A stretch of 63,482 nucleotides of DNA, from IMG/VR virus record IMGVR_UViG_3300000303_000014, positions 1-63,482 of that record; one strand, written 5' to 3'. Shown here in pieces: positions 24,998 to 34,492 of the stretch. The stretch is from a virus. Both the position numbers and the translations under genes were made by a program. Within the stretch, counting starts at the first letter, position 1. Each line of letters opens with the position of its first letter. The notes under the pieces were generated by a model. That model worked only from the letters and a program-made list of their open reading frames with translations, had not been told where the DNA came from and did not search any database.

Positions 24998-27736
24998 TCA
25001 TCGCGGCTTATTGGTGAACCGTGGCGTGAACTGTACGGAACAACCATAGGCGGACTCAGCCTTGTCGAACTTGCAGATGAGCGCAAGGCGGAAATACTTA
25101 TATGGAGATCCACGGAATCCACGCAGATACTTGTCTGTGCTGCTCCACAGAATATGCCAGTCAAAGAGGTTACGAGAACCGTAGAGTACTTGGCACACAT
25201 GGCCGCTCCGGAAATATCCACGTTGGATAACTGTGTCTATCGTCTTGAACACATCGGGCTGCCCCAGCTTGAACGGACGGGTGACGATGAGAGCCGTTAT
25301 GCCTTCCGCATCGGAGGTGGAGAAATTGACCAACTTATTGCCGGACACCATGGCGAGCGCATCGGGATAAGCATTCACATTGTCCGTGATTTCGCTGTGT
25401 ATCATGCCCCATGCTTTAGACTTCAGGGAATAGACATAGGCGTAGCTGACAGACGGATTATAAACGAGGATGCGTTGCCCGGTGTAATCGTAAATCATGC
25501 GGCATCCGACAAGGAACTCACGGAACGGAAGCAGCGAAGCGTTTTCAAGCGTTATGCGTTCCTGCTCATCGGCAAACTGATTGAACACACCGACGAGTTT
25601 ATCAGCGGTGGGCAAATCGGAGAATGAAAAAAGGTCGCGGCTGTTGATGCTTTCGGACAGGCAGACGGTTTCCGAACCGCTGATGAGCATTATGCCCCGG
25701 TCGGTGGCAAAGAGAACGGCACTATCAATTTGCGTGATGCTATCGGGATTGATGCAGACATCGCGCGTGATTGGCTGTTTTGCCGAATAGGTGCCAGTGT
25801 CCGATACCTCCAACGCCCAAACGCCATCAGTGGAAAAAGCGTAGAGGGGAAACTGACCGAACTGGCCCTGCGAAAGAGCCTTGGCCGCAGAAATGATGCC
25901 GAGAATTATACCTGTGCCAATGGTATTGATACCCAGCACTGGGAAGTAGAACGGATTATTTACCTCGGATGTATAGATTTTGTTGGGTACGTCAATGGTG
26001 CGTTCGGCCAATGTGGACACACCGAAAGAAGAGTACTTTTCATTCTCACTGACGTTTATTCCCTCCCAGCCTCCGAAGTAATAAGCACCGTTTAGCGTGG
26101 GATGAGGCTCAAGAGGAACTTCATAATAGGTTGAAAGATATTGGTTAATTTCAAGCACCGCCTTATACGCATTGGTATTCGGATAGAAGAGCCAAAGGTA
26201 TGGCGTATTAAGTCCGAAACTGCCCACATCGCCACGAACCACAATGTCACGACCATCTTGCTTGATGAAATAATAGACTAATACGGAAACGCAATAATCC
26301 ACACTTTCAATCGGCACATCCGTAAAGTTATGCACGTTGCCATCCGTAAAAGAAAACATCGCAGCCGCCGGAAAACCTGTAAACAACTGTTTTTTCAGGT
26401 TGGCTATATTGAAGCGTGAATTATAGTTGTAGGAATACTTCGGTATAAGCAAGTCGTGGCTGTCGTAATCATCCGTCATGACTTCACGAGTGACCAATGA
26501 TTGCAGATATTCCTTATTGACAGGAATAATGGTACGTTCGGTTTTCAAATCGGTCACGTTGACAGACTTCAGGAAATAGAACAGGTGATTGTCCGTGATG
26601 TCGCCCTTAATCGCATCGCCGTCACGCTGGGGCAGCATTAACCGCCATGCCGGGTATGTCAACTTTTCAGGCTCGAATGTGAATGCATACAATTCGGAAA
26701 ACCGTGACTTCTGATAACGTATAGGAAATTTTGTCGTATCTGCCTTTTGCCCGACATTCTTACAAATAGAATAACAATCCGAATAATCAGTGTACAGAAA
26801 CCTCGTACACTCCCCATTCTGATTGTATGTATAAATAGGCGCAGAAACGAATATATCCACCGACTTGATGATGTCATTCCAGTTTTCGAGTTCGGTTATA
26901 GCCGTATCTTTAGTAACCGCATAGTCAAGCTGGTGAAACATTCCGGCAAGGCGCAGCGTAGCCTGATTGATAGCCGTAGAAGTATCTTCGCCATGCATGT
27001 GGGTGACGAAGCATTGCGGAGCAAGGTCGGACGAGCAAACCATGAGAACCGGCGCGGAGTGCATTGTAAGCGAACCATCGTAGAGGCGGTAAGCATAACG
27101 CACAAAGAACGGGAACATGAACTTACCCACATTGGTGGAATTGTCGGCAATGAACTTGTTGACCTTGGCCAGCACTTGTTCCGTTATCCTCGTCTTATTG
27201 TTGTCTGTAAAGTCTTTCCAAACGTCGCCATCGAAGAAATCAATGTTGTCGAAATTGATAGTAAACTCGTCATCGCGTATCATTTTGCCCTGCAATCCGA
27301 AAGAAATTGGGCATTCGGGAAGATGAGTGCCAAGATAGAGATAACCTTCGGACAGGCTTTTCCACAAAAGATAATGTGCCCCTGTGGAAGTAAGCGCAAT
27401 CAAAGTGTTGCCAACCGAATTGAAGCTATAAATCTCAACGGCAGAGGGGAAATTATACAGATGTTGCAGGAATTGTGCGTTCTCCGTATCGCCGTCGGTA
27501 AAGAACGTTTCGTTGGTAGACGTATCAAGAATGATGTAATACTTGAAAGCGGAAGTCTGATGTATGAACACCACCTTTTGGTTCTCGCCCAATGAAAACA
27601 GAACTTTAGGCGGCAGGACTGGTTTCAACGCCCCATCCTCCGGAACCAATCCTACCGACATGGCCAAATCACCGTCAGGACATTCATAATCGGACGGATT
27701 GGCCGTAAAACCGTTGTATTTAATCTCTTGTATCAT
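24998..27736 (-). CDS. Large hypothetical protein (912 aa). A virion or tail component is possible.
   Basis: A long uninterrupted ORF with an ATG start, beta-rich, with no motif recognised. It is the last gene of the leftward operon and is convergent with the structural genes. Confidence 0.8.
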   Translation of the reverse strand: MIQEIKYNGFTANPSDYECPDGDLAMSVGLVPEDGALKPVLPPKVLFSLGENQKVVFIHQTSAFKYYIILDTSTNETFFTDGDTENAQFLQHLYNFPSAVEIYSFNSVGNTLIALTSTGAHYLLWKSLSEGYLYLGTHLPECPISFGLQGKMIRDDEFTINFDNIDFFDGDVWKDFTDNNKTRITEQVLAKVNKFIADNSTNVGKFMFPFFVRYAYRLYDGSLTMHSAPVLMVCSSDLAPQCFVTHMHGEDTSTAINQATLRLAGMFHQLDYAVTKDTAITELENWNDIIKSVDIFVSAPIYTYNQNGECTRFLYTDYSDCYSICKNVGQKADTTKFPIRYQKSRFSELYAFTFEPEKLTYPAWRLMLPQRDGDAIKGDITDNHLFYFLKSVNVTDLKTERTIIPVNKEYLQSLVTREVMTDDYDSHDLLIPKYSYNYNSRFNIANLKKQLFTGFPAAAMFSFTDGNVHNFTDVPIESVDYCVSVLVYYFIKQDGRDIVVRGDVGSFGLNTPYLWLFYPNTNAYKAVLEINQYLSTYYEVPLEPHPTLNGAYYFGGWEGINVSENEKYSSFGVSTLAERTIDVPNKIYTSEVNNPFYFPVLGINTIGTGIILGIISAAKALSQGQFGQFPLYAFSTDGVWALEVSDTGTYSAKQPITRDVCINPDSITQIDSAVLFATDRGIMLISGSETVCLSESINSRDLFSFSDLPTADKLVGVFNQFADEQERITLENASLLPFREFLVGCRMIYDYTGQRILVYNPSVSYAYVYSLKSKAWGMIHSEITDNVNAYPDALAMVSGNKLVNFSTSDAEGITALIVTRPFKLGQPDVFKTIDTVIQRGYFRSGHVCQVLYGSRNLFDWHILWSSTDKYLRGFRGSPYKYFRLALICKFDKAESAYGCSVQFTPRFTNKPR

Positions 27737-28106
27737 CGTTCAATATATGTCTGTAAATAATAGGAATGGCCGTGCCGACCGTCAGGTTCACGGGCGTACC
27801 GCAAGAAAGCTCCACCTTGTCGAGCGACGAGCCACCTGCCTTGATGAGCGCACGGCATAGCCTTTGCGACCATGCCCGGAAATGACGGCTACGGGAGTGC
27901 GTGGGAAAGCAAGCCGCCTCATGCCGACCGACCGTAGGCGCATGGAGCTTGACGTAAATATAGAATTCTTCTCCACCGTCCATAACATCAATTACATCAC
28001 CTTTCTGCAAGGATAGAATGCCCGCCACACGGGCTGAAATGTCGATGCGCCCGTTGGTGTGAAAGGTTATGTCCGTTTTGCGTGTGTTTCCGAGGATGCT
28101 TTGCAT
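27720..28106 (-). CDS. Hypothetical protein, possibly with an AbrB/SpoVT-like N-terminus
   Basis: A 128-aa ORF. GRIDISARVAGILSLQKGDVIDV resembles a swapped-hairpin DNA-binding motif, but the match is weak. Confidence 0.55.
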   Translation of the reverse strand: MQSILGNTRKTDITFHTNGRIDISARVAGILSLQKGDVIDVMDGGEEFYIYVKLHAPTVGRHEAACFPTHSRSRHFRAWSQRLCRALIKAGGSSLDKVELSCGTPVNLTVGTAIPIIYRHILNDDTRD

Positions 28107-28510
28107 AGGCGTATGAGTTTTTTGGATGGAACATCAAACTGGTAATAAGTCTTTCCCTGCGGTGTCCGATGGACTGAAACCGACAGTTTAACCGGGCGAA
28201 GTGCAGGAAGTCCGTATTCGTAGAGGATGCGCCCGACTGAGGGGCAGAGCGTTTCAAAGCCGATGCAACGGTACTTGCCGTTGTACTGGATTTGGCAAAG
28301 CTGGGTCGGCTCGTCAATGCCGGGATTGAGCATGAAACCGAACGAGTTCAAATGCGGTATGCGGAACACGAACACGGAAACATTGTCCCCCGAACTTTTC
28401 CGCATGTGGGTGAAAAGGTGCTTAGACAACGTAACAGAGTTGTCGGCAGGGTCGGCAATCACGTAGTAGCGAAGCGACCGCCATTTGCGTATGAGTTTAG
28501 TGAATATCAT
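28067..28510 (-). CDS. Hypothetical protein
   Basis: A 147-aa ORF with an ATG start. Confidence 0.6.
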   Translation of the reverse strand: MIFTKLIRKWRSLRYYVIADPADNSVTLSKHLFTHMRKSSGDNVSVFVFRIPHLNSFGFMLNPGIDEPTQLCQIQYNGKYRCIGFETLCPSVGRILYEYGLPALRPVKLSVSVHRTPQGKTYYQFDVPSKKLIRLCKASSETHAKRT

Positions 28511-28553
28511 TATGCGAAAATAGTTTATTTGACCGTAGCCGGAGGTTTATGTT

Positions 28554-28796
28554 TTAACGACTGGCCATGCGTTTGGGTTGTGAATAGTCTTTCCGTGAGC
28601 GGAACGATATTGTTTCGATGTAACGAAACGACAATGTGGTCATCAGTTCGTCACGGTGTTTGGCCGCTTGCTCTTTCGTCAGGAAGATGAACGAGCAGAG
28701 CTGCATTTCGGCAGTGCCTTTCGTGCCTACGATATTGGCGTAGTATTTACGACCAAAGAGGAAGGCGATGATTTCTTTCAATACTGTTGTTTGCAT
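28554..28796 (-). CDS. Hypothetical protein
   Basis: An 80-aa ORF from ATG 28796; the listed 28802 start is GTG. Confidence 0.5.
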   Translation of the reverse strand: MQTTVLKEIIAFLFGRKYYANIVGTKGTAEMQLCSFIFLTKEQAAKHRDELMTTLSFRYIETISFRSRKDYSQPKRMASR

Positions 28797-28798
28797 AA

Positions 28799-29269
28799 TC
28801 ACTTTATTTTTAGATTTTCTATTTCAATGAGCATATTCTTGATGTAATAGTCACAAGTGCAGTTTATCTTGCGTTTTCCTTTTCCTATAATTGTTTCGCA
28901 TCGAGACTTGCATTCCTTAAAGTCCTTTACGTAGTAAGTGCAGCTTTCAGGCGGTTGTATATCAGTATTAGGGATGCGGTCCAGCGAATAGAACACCTGT
29001 TTGTCGTAGATTTCGGCAGCGGCATTCTCCAAACGGCATCCTTTTGAGGTACGCCAATTTTCCATGAATAGGACGGCATCGCATTCCAGCAATGCTTCGA
29101 TGTCATTACCCATGTGTTCTGAGTAAGTTGCATCCGGATCTGGCGATATGTCAAGCGGCGACACAGGTGTGTGGCCTTTGGCTTGGATTACTCCGGAGGC
29201 GTATATGCAACTGGCTTCGACTTTTTCAATGTCGTGGCCGGTGATTGGGAGGCTGATATATATTTTCAT
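28799..29269 (-). CDS. DUF4406 / nucleoside 2-deoxyribosyltransferase-like protein with a Cys-rich C-terminal tail
   Basis: MKIYISLPITGH...VSPLD...ECDAVLFMENWRTSKGCRLENAAA matches the MKIYIxGPITG...CDxxxxLxxWxxSxGxxxE pattern of that family. Confidence 0.55.
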   Translation of the reverse strand: MKIYISLPITGHDIEKVEASCIYASGVIQAKGHTPVSPLDISPDPDATYSEHMGNDIEALLECDAVLFMENWRTSKGCRLENAAAEIYDKQVFYSLDRIPNTDIQPPESCTYYVKDFKECKSRCETIIGKGKRKINCTCDYYIKNMLIEIENLKIK

Positions 29270-29288
29270 CGTATTTTTGTATATAATT

Positions 29289-30449
29289 TTATTGGATTCT
29301 TGTATTCAGGAACGATAGAATGTGCTTAATCACCTCTACCGTCCACCCATTTCCGAGCATTTTATACTGCTGTGTTTCTGAACACCCCCACTTGTACCAC
29401 GAGGGAATGGTTTGCAGACGTGCGCACTCGGTAGGGGTAAGGCGACGGATATAACCATTGAGAAGAACAGCGGGCGCAGATCCTGCATGTGCGGAACAGA
29501 GGGCAGGCGAAATGCCACCCACAGAGTAAACACGGTTCTGCTGGAACGGTTGGCGACCGTTGCTTTCCTTGCTTCCGTTAAGTTGAATCACGCGACGTCC
29601 TGACACCAACAGATTGTTCTGATGCCAAGAGCTGCTTGTCAATGTCGGAGTCTTGCCGCCAAAGAAACCGCCTTTGTTTCCGCCATGCGGCCGTTGGTAG
29701 ATTTGCGGCGTTATGAGCGTTGTACCTGTTGTGAGCGACATTTTTGAAGAATTGTTTCCTACGGTCAGCGTACCGGATTTTGGGGGATTGACGCGCGGTG
29801 CAAAGTTGGAACCACAGTCCAATCTTCTTTTAATCCTTTCAATCGTGGACCGCTTTGTGATGTGGTATTTGTTGGCGACTTCGTTTTCAGGCTGCAAGAT
29901 GTCAGCAAGCAATATGCCCCTATCTTCAGGAAGAGGAATGTCCGTATAGACATCGCCGAACAGCCCCTCCTTGCGTATGCGTATGTCCGACCAATACAGG
30001 CGCACACGTTCCTGAGCAGAAACGAGCGACGAATTGATGCGTACAGGACGTATGCCAAGGTATTCACTTATTATATTCTCAAACCGTTTATCCATGCGGA
30101 CGTTTTCGAGCATGAACCTTGCATTGGGATTGACGGCTTTCACTTCGTGCCATATCCGTACAAATTCAAAGAAGAGCGCACTACGAGGGTCGTTGAAATT
30201 GAGTTGCTTCCCGGCAAAGCTGAATCCCTGACACGGAGAGCCGCCAATCAGCAAGTCTATGCGTGGCAGGTCTTTTGCCCTTACTTTCCGCACATCGCCC
30301 AATTGCACCGTACCGGGGAAGTTGAGCTGCGTTTGCTCAATGGCATGACGGTCTATCTCGGAGGCAAAGTAGTTGTCCACTTTCATTCCGAGTTCACGCA
30401 GGGCGATTTGTCCGCAGCTCATTCCATCGAAAAGACTTAATACGTTCAT
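29289..30449 (-). CDS. DNA (cytosine-5)-methyltransferase
   Basis: It carries motif I LSLFDGMSCG, motif IV GGSPCQGFSFAG, motif VI MLENV, and the C-terminal motifs QNRVYSV and GNGWTV. Confidence 0.9.
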   Translation of the reverse strand: MNVLSLFDGMSCGQIALRELGMKVDNYFASEIDRHAIEQTQLNFPGTVQLGDVRKVRAKDLPRIDLLIGGSPCQGFSFAGKQLNFNDPRSALFFEFVRIWHEVKAVNPNARFMLENVRMDKRFENIISEYLGIRPVRINSSLVSAQERVRLYWSDIRIRKEGLFGDVYTDIPLPEDRGILLADILQPENEVANKYHITKRSTIERIKRRLDCGSNFAPRVNPPKSGTLTVGNNSSKMSLTTGTTLITPQIYQRPHGGNKGGFFGGKTPTLTSSSWHQNNLLVSGRRVIQLNGSKESNGRQPFQQNRVYSVGGISPALCSAHAGSAPAVLLNGYIRRLTPTECARLQTIPSWYKWGCSETQQYKMLGNGWTVEVIKHILSFLNTRIQ

Positions 30450-31012
30450 GGCTTTACAAGTTCAAAATCATAGACGAACACGTAGGGATTGCGTTCCCAT
30501 GTGCCTTTTCCGCTCACCTTGTCAATGAGGTGAGCAAAGGCTTCACGGAGTGTTTTCCCAAGAAACATCTTACGCCCAGTTTCTTTTTGGTAGTTGACGT
30601 AATACTGGGATGCCACCCCATCCCATTCCAATCCTTCTTTCAAGCAATCCTCGTCCGATGTGTCCTGCAAGTGCTCTACGCGCACGTCGGTTATGCGGAT
30701 GTGGTGGGGCATCAGGTCAGCTCGTACGAACATCTTGTTATCCCAGCCTGCGCTAACCGCGCCAACTGATATTGCAATTTCATTCCATCGTGGTATTCCA
30801 TTTTTACAGAATCCGCCACAATCGCGATAGCTTTGCGCCACTGCAACCACTTCTCCGACGTCGTATCTGGCATCGTCGATAAGTGTGGGGTCTTCCATCA
30901 TCGCGTATTTATCGATGACGGACTGCAGAACGACCCGCCTTGTCTGCGTCTTGCGACCATCCAATACGGCTTGCGTAAGCCCGAAACGGTCATTGAACAT
31001 TATCTTTTTCAT
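30446..31012 (-). CDS. ASCH/PUA-like domain protein (tentative)
   Basis: The N-terminal FGLTQAVLDGRKTQTRRVV resembles the ASCH signature. It overlaps the methyltransferase gene in an ATGA arrangement. Confidence 0.45.
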   Translation of the reverse strand: MKKIMFNDRFGLTQAVLDGRKTQTRRVVLQSVIDKYAMMEDPTLIDDARYDVGEVVAVAQSYRDCGGFCKNGIPRWNEIAISVGAVSAGWDNKMFVRADLMPHHIRITDVRVEHLQDTSDEDCLKEGLEWDGVASQYYVNYQKETGRKMFLGKTLREAFAHLIDKVSGKGTWERNPYVFVYDFELVKP

Positions 31013-31238
31013 TGTTGAGCCATTTTAAGAAGTTATTGTTGATGTTAAACCAGTATCTGTTCCCTTCCTTTGTGTCATGCCACACGAACGCACAAGTAAA
31101 CAAGTTGGCCGGCGAAGTCCTTTTCAGGTAAACACTCACGGACATTCTGTGCTGCACGCCACGGTTGTAGTTGGCTGTGAACTTGTCGTAAATGCGCTGT
31201 GCTTTGAGCCACTGTATTATCTGTTCAGGCGTTTTCAT
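30990..31238 (-). CDS. Hypothetical protein
   Basis: An 82-aa ORF from ATG 31238; the listed 31259 start is GTG. Confidence 0.5.
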   Translation of the reverse strand: MKTPEQIIQWLKAQRIYDKFTANYNRGVQHRMSVSVYLKRTSPANLFTCAFVWHDTKEGNRYWFNINNNFLKWLNNEKDNVQ

Positions 31239-31425
31239 TTCCGAATAGTTTTGGTTCACGTTTGTTGTTCAATATCCCATTAACGCGGATGATTTCATCG
31301 TCCACACGTTTTTCGAGAGCCTTGCTCTCACGCAAGGCAGACTGGCTGCGTGTACGGAAATACTCTTTCTGCTTGTCGCGCAAGGCGGCGACCAGCTTGA
31401 AAAATGATTTTGCGTCCATTGTCAT
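31225..31425 (-). CDS. Hypothetical small helical protein
   Basis: A 66-aa ORF with an ATG start and an ATGA overlap with the upstream gene. Confidence 0.5.
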   Translation of the reverse strand: MTMDAKSFFKLVAALRDKQKEYFRTRSQSALRESKALEKRVDDEIIRVNGILNNKREPKLFGNENA

Positions 31426-32162
31426 TCTTGCTCTAAAAGTTTATGATATTGATTATCATTCAAGCTCTCCTGCATATACATGATTTTGATAAGCCGTTCT
31501 TTTTCCTCTGCCGTCAATTCCCTACAATCACCTTCTGATTTGAGTTCCTTTATTCCTTGAATGAAATCCTCTACCGAATATGTGGCTTTGAGCTTAAATT
31601 GCTCGCAGAAATCTTCCTCTTTGTCATAATCAGTCAGTAAGAATTCACGTTTGTTGGCAAGTATGCACTTGTTTGGTAATCCGCATAAAATAGTGCTTCC
31701 TCTCGTTAATCCGAGTTCCTCCATGCTCTCATGAAAACCTAAGTCCCCATTTTGAAACAGGAAAGGATAACCAAATAATGCTACGCCTACATTTCCTCTT
31801 TTCTTAACATATTCCGGATTGTCGTGGATATTACCGATAACTTCAAAGTTTTCAGGGTGGTTAAGGAACTTATACCCGAAATCATTGTCTTTATAGCAGA
31901 ATTGCGGCGCGTCATATACGACTTCGACAAATATGTCGGTTCCGGATTCACACAAGATGTCATCCTCGTAGATTTCCAATCCGTTGGCATCGTAAAGTCC
32001 TGTGAATTGGCCTACTGTTTGGGAATAAACGTTTGCCCAAAATAGAGAGCCGTCAGGATTGACGTCATAAATTTCTGTTTTACCACTGCGTCCTAAGAGG
32101 TAACCGTACACCCATTCGTCGTTATAGAGCGACTTGCCACGAAATTTAATTGTCCTGTTCAT
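31422..32162 (-). CDS. YopX-family protein with an extra C-terminal domain
   Basis: IKFRGKS...WVYGYL...QTVGQFTGLYDANGLEIYEDDIL...FEVIGNIHDNPE matches the YopX domain pattern. About 110 additional C-terminal residues follow. Confidence 0.75.
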   Translation of the reverse strand: MNRTIKFRGKSLYNDEWVYGYLLGRSGKTEIYDVNPDGSLFWANVYSQTVGQFTGLYDANGLEIYEDDILCESGTDIFVEVVYDAPQFCYKDNDFGYKFLNHPENFEVIGNIHDNPEYVKKRGNVGVALFGYPFLFQNGDLGFHESMEELGLTRGSTILCGLPNKCILANKREFLLTDYDKEEDFCEQFKLKATYSVEDFIQGIKELKSEGDCRELTAEEKERLIKIMYMQESLNDNQYHKLLEQE

Positions 32163-32464
32163 TTGTTGTCCTCCTTTCCGTATGGTAGTAGGTCATCAAT
32201 GTATGCCCAACGCGCCCATGCCAAAGGGCATGATTTCATGTTGCCTCCTACCATATTCACACTGAATCTGCCATCATCGTGTTCAACAAGTATGGGACGA
32301 AACGGTATAGGTATTTCTTTATTCGCCTCGTGCCACACGGAGTTGATGCGCCAATGTGCGCCATGATAGAAACCTTTATGCAAATAATCTCTATCAACTA
32401 CGCTTGTCTCATATTCTCGGTTTGCGAACTCATCTGCCGCCTTATTAATCGTTTCTTTATCCAT
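32159..32464 (-). CDS. Hypothetical protein
   Basis: A 101-aa ORF with an ATG start and an ATGA overlap with the downstream yopX-like gene. Confidence 0.6.
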   Translation of the reverse strand: MDKETINKAADEFANREYETSVVDRDYLHKGFYHGAHWRINSVWHEANKEIPIPFRPILVEHDDGRFSVNMVGGNMKSCPLAWARWAYIDDLLPYGKEDNK

Positions 32465-32966
32465 TGTATATTTGTTTGATTTTTAATTTCATTCTTTCTT
32501 CTGCAGCCCGTACGTTGGCTATCTTTGTTGCGAGCTTCTCACGGGCTTTCTGCAGATCTGTATCGGTATTCTCATCAAAGAACATGTTATGCGCCCGGTT
32601 GTAGGCTACATATTCCTCAATCTTGCGCCGAACCTTTGTAACCTGTGCCTTTGCCGATATGAGCCGATGCAAATCCTCGTTCAACCGGGTATCCATTCCC
32701 AAACGCTTATCGTAATAGCTCGTGTAGCATCTGATGTTTCCTTTCGGGTATTGGCATACGAACCTTGACTTTCTCCACTCGATTACCCACCGCCTGCGCT
32801 CGTACACCTCACGGGGCAAATCGTAGCAAAACAGGCGTTCGTAATTGCATCTCCCGTCCGTGCGTTCGATGCTGATGAATACCCAATGCTGTACCTCCAG
32901 CTCTTTTTCTGCTTTGGCATAGTCCTTTGCCAGCTGTATGAAGTCATCTATGCGTTCCTGTGCCAT
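32457..32966 (-). CDS. Hypothetical protein
   Basis: A 169-aa ORF with an ATG start. Confidence 0.6.
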   Translation of the reverse strand: MAQERIDDFIQLAKDYAKAEKELEVQHWVFISIERTDGRCNYERLFCYDLPREVYERRRWVIEWRKSRFVCQYPKGNIRCYTSYYDKRLGMDTRLNEDLHRLISAKAQVTKVRRKIEEYVAYNRAHNMFFDENTDTDLQKAREKLATKIANVRAAEERMKLKIKQIYNG

Positions 32967-32993
32967 TGATTAGAATAATGTAAGTTGAAGAGG

Positions 32994-33224
32994 TTATTTA
33001 TTTCTCTTTGCTATTGTCCTTGCATATCTGTGGCATCTGTCACGGTAGTGGCAATTCCCTGATTTTGCTTGTGTAAACTTCTCATGCCAAGCATCCCAGT
33101 TATCATAGCCTTTGGTCGTTTCATCGTTATGCAAAAAGTCTAACAAATCGAAACACATAAAAGCCTTACTATCTAATTTTGCGTCATGAAGCTCTACAAG
33201 CCCATTATTCCGTGGTCTGCCCAT
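32994..33224 (-). CDS. Hypothetical protein
   Basis: A 76-aa ORF with an ATG start. Confidence 0.5.
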   Translation of the reverse strand: MGRPRNNGLVELHDAKLDSKAFMCFDLLDFLHNDETTKGYDNWDAWHEKFTQAKSGNCHYRDRCHRYARTIAKRNK

Positions 33225-33540
33225 CTTGACCTCCTTTCTTCAACTTTGATATAAGAATATCCGCAAGTTCAACGGACACTTCCGCATCTGCTTCAGCAGT
33301 TAATGAATGGTATTCTTGCGGAGCAAAAAGCATATTTGCGAACAATTCTTTCGCAATTTCATACCGCCGCTGTTCCCAATCAATTTCAGATTTGATAGCT
33401 GGTTTCATTTTCTTTTCCTTGCGAGATAATCTTGTCTGCTCTGCAACACAAGGCTTACATCGGTGAGGATATGACTTTGAGAACTCATTTAACGGCTTAT
33501 ATTTACCGCAAATCTCGCATTGTCTTTTTTGTTGTTTCAT
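33205..33540 (-). CDS. Hypothetical protein with an N-terminal zinc-ribbon-like CxxC...CxxC
   Basis: The N-terminus reads QCEICGKYKPLNEFSKSYPHRCKPCV. Confidence 0.55.
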   Translation of the reverse strand: MKQQKRQCEICGKYKPLNEFSKSYPHRCKPCVAEQTRLSRKEKKMKPAIKSEIDWEQRRYEIAKELFANMLFAPQEYHSLTAEADAEVSVELADILISKLKKGGQDGQTTE

Positions 33541-33565
33541 TATTCAAATTGTTTATAGGTTGTTT

Positions 33566-34489
33566 TTATGTAAAGTATTCTCGGCAAAGGAAACCCTTGC
33601 GCGGGCTAAAGTCCTTGAAATCGCACGAGCGGTATAACTCTTTGCGGTCAGCCCAATGAGCCATGTCCTTTTGCCATTGCGGTATCCGCTGGTGAGGATT
33701 GTTGAGGTCACGATACGGCTGCGCATGGGGCAACACGTACTTATACTTCCGCCAGTAGTTCAGACGATGGTAGCTCTCGGCAAAGTCAATCAGGATGCAG
33801 TACAGAAAGAACTCGCCCTTGTAACCAGCCTGACGGACAAGCTGTATGGCACGTTCGCACTCCACAATCTGCGCGGTGGTGTCGCAGCCGAAGCGGATGC
33901 GCTTAATCCACTTGACACGAGCCAACAGCCGGGCCACATCAAGAGTGACCAGCCGGGCATCCAAGCCCTGATTGAAGTCCACATGATACCCACGTTCGGC
34001 AATTTTCTCTAACTGGGAGAGGCCGTAATCACAGGCGAGGACATTGTTGTCCATCAGGACGGCGTAAGGACGTTCGCCGTGAAGCGTAATGTCATCAACA
34101 TCCATGTACGGACGTATGCCACCCTCTTTCTGCGGCACGACGCACCAGCGGCAGCGGTTGGGACAACCACGGGTGAGGAAGCCGTAGGAAGTGCGGCTGT
34201 CAACCGCAGGATAGAGCGAATAATCGGGCTGGAGCCGGTCCATATCGCCGGGAAGCGAGGAACGGATGTCGTAGCCGGTGCCACCGCGAACGACTTCGCC
34301 ACGCACATTGGCGATGACGAAACCATAATCAGGCGTGAACGAGAACACCTTTGCCATATACAGGCGGTCGTAGGTGTCGAACGGATTGTACCACTCGACG
34401 GTATCGCCCTGCGACTTGTGCCAAGCGGAGACTTTCATCAGCGCGAGATTAGGGTAATTGCTATCCACGGCAAGCAATGCTACGTTCAT
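33566..34489 (-). CDS. Radical SAM enzyme of unknown specificity
   Basis: GFLTRGCPNRCRWCVV contains the CxxxCxxC 4Fe-4S/SAM cluster motif. The protein is 307 aa, with an N-terminal Rossmann-like segment NVALLAVDSNYPNLALMKVSAWHK. Confidence 0.7.
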   Translation of the reverse strand: MNVALLAVDSNYPNLALMKVSAWHKSQGDTVEWYNPFDTYDRLYMAKVFSFTPDYGFVIANVRGEVVRGGTGYDIRSSLPGDMDRLQPDYSLYPAVDSRTSYGFLTRGCPNRCRWCVVPQKEGGIRPYMDVDDITLHGERPYAVLMDNNVLACDYGLSQLEKIAERGYHVDFNQGLDARLVTLDVARLLARVKWIKRIRFGCDTTAQIVECERAIQLVRQAGYKGEFFLYCILIDFAESYHRLNYWRKYKYVLPHAQPYRDLNNPHQRIPQWQKDMAHWADRKELYRSCDFKDFSPRKGFLCREYFT

Positions 34490-34492
34490 GGC

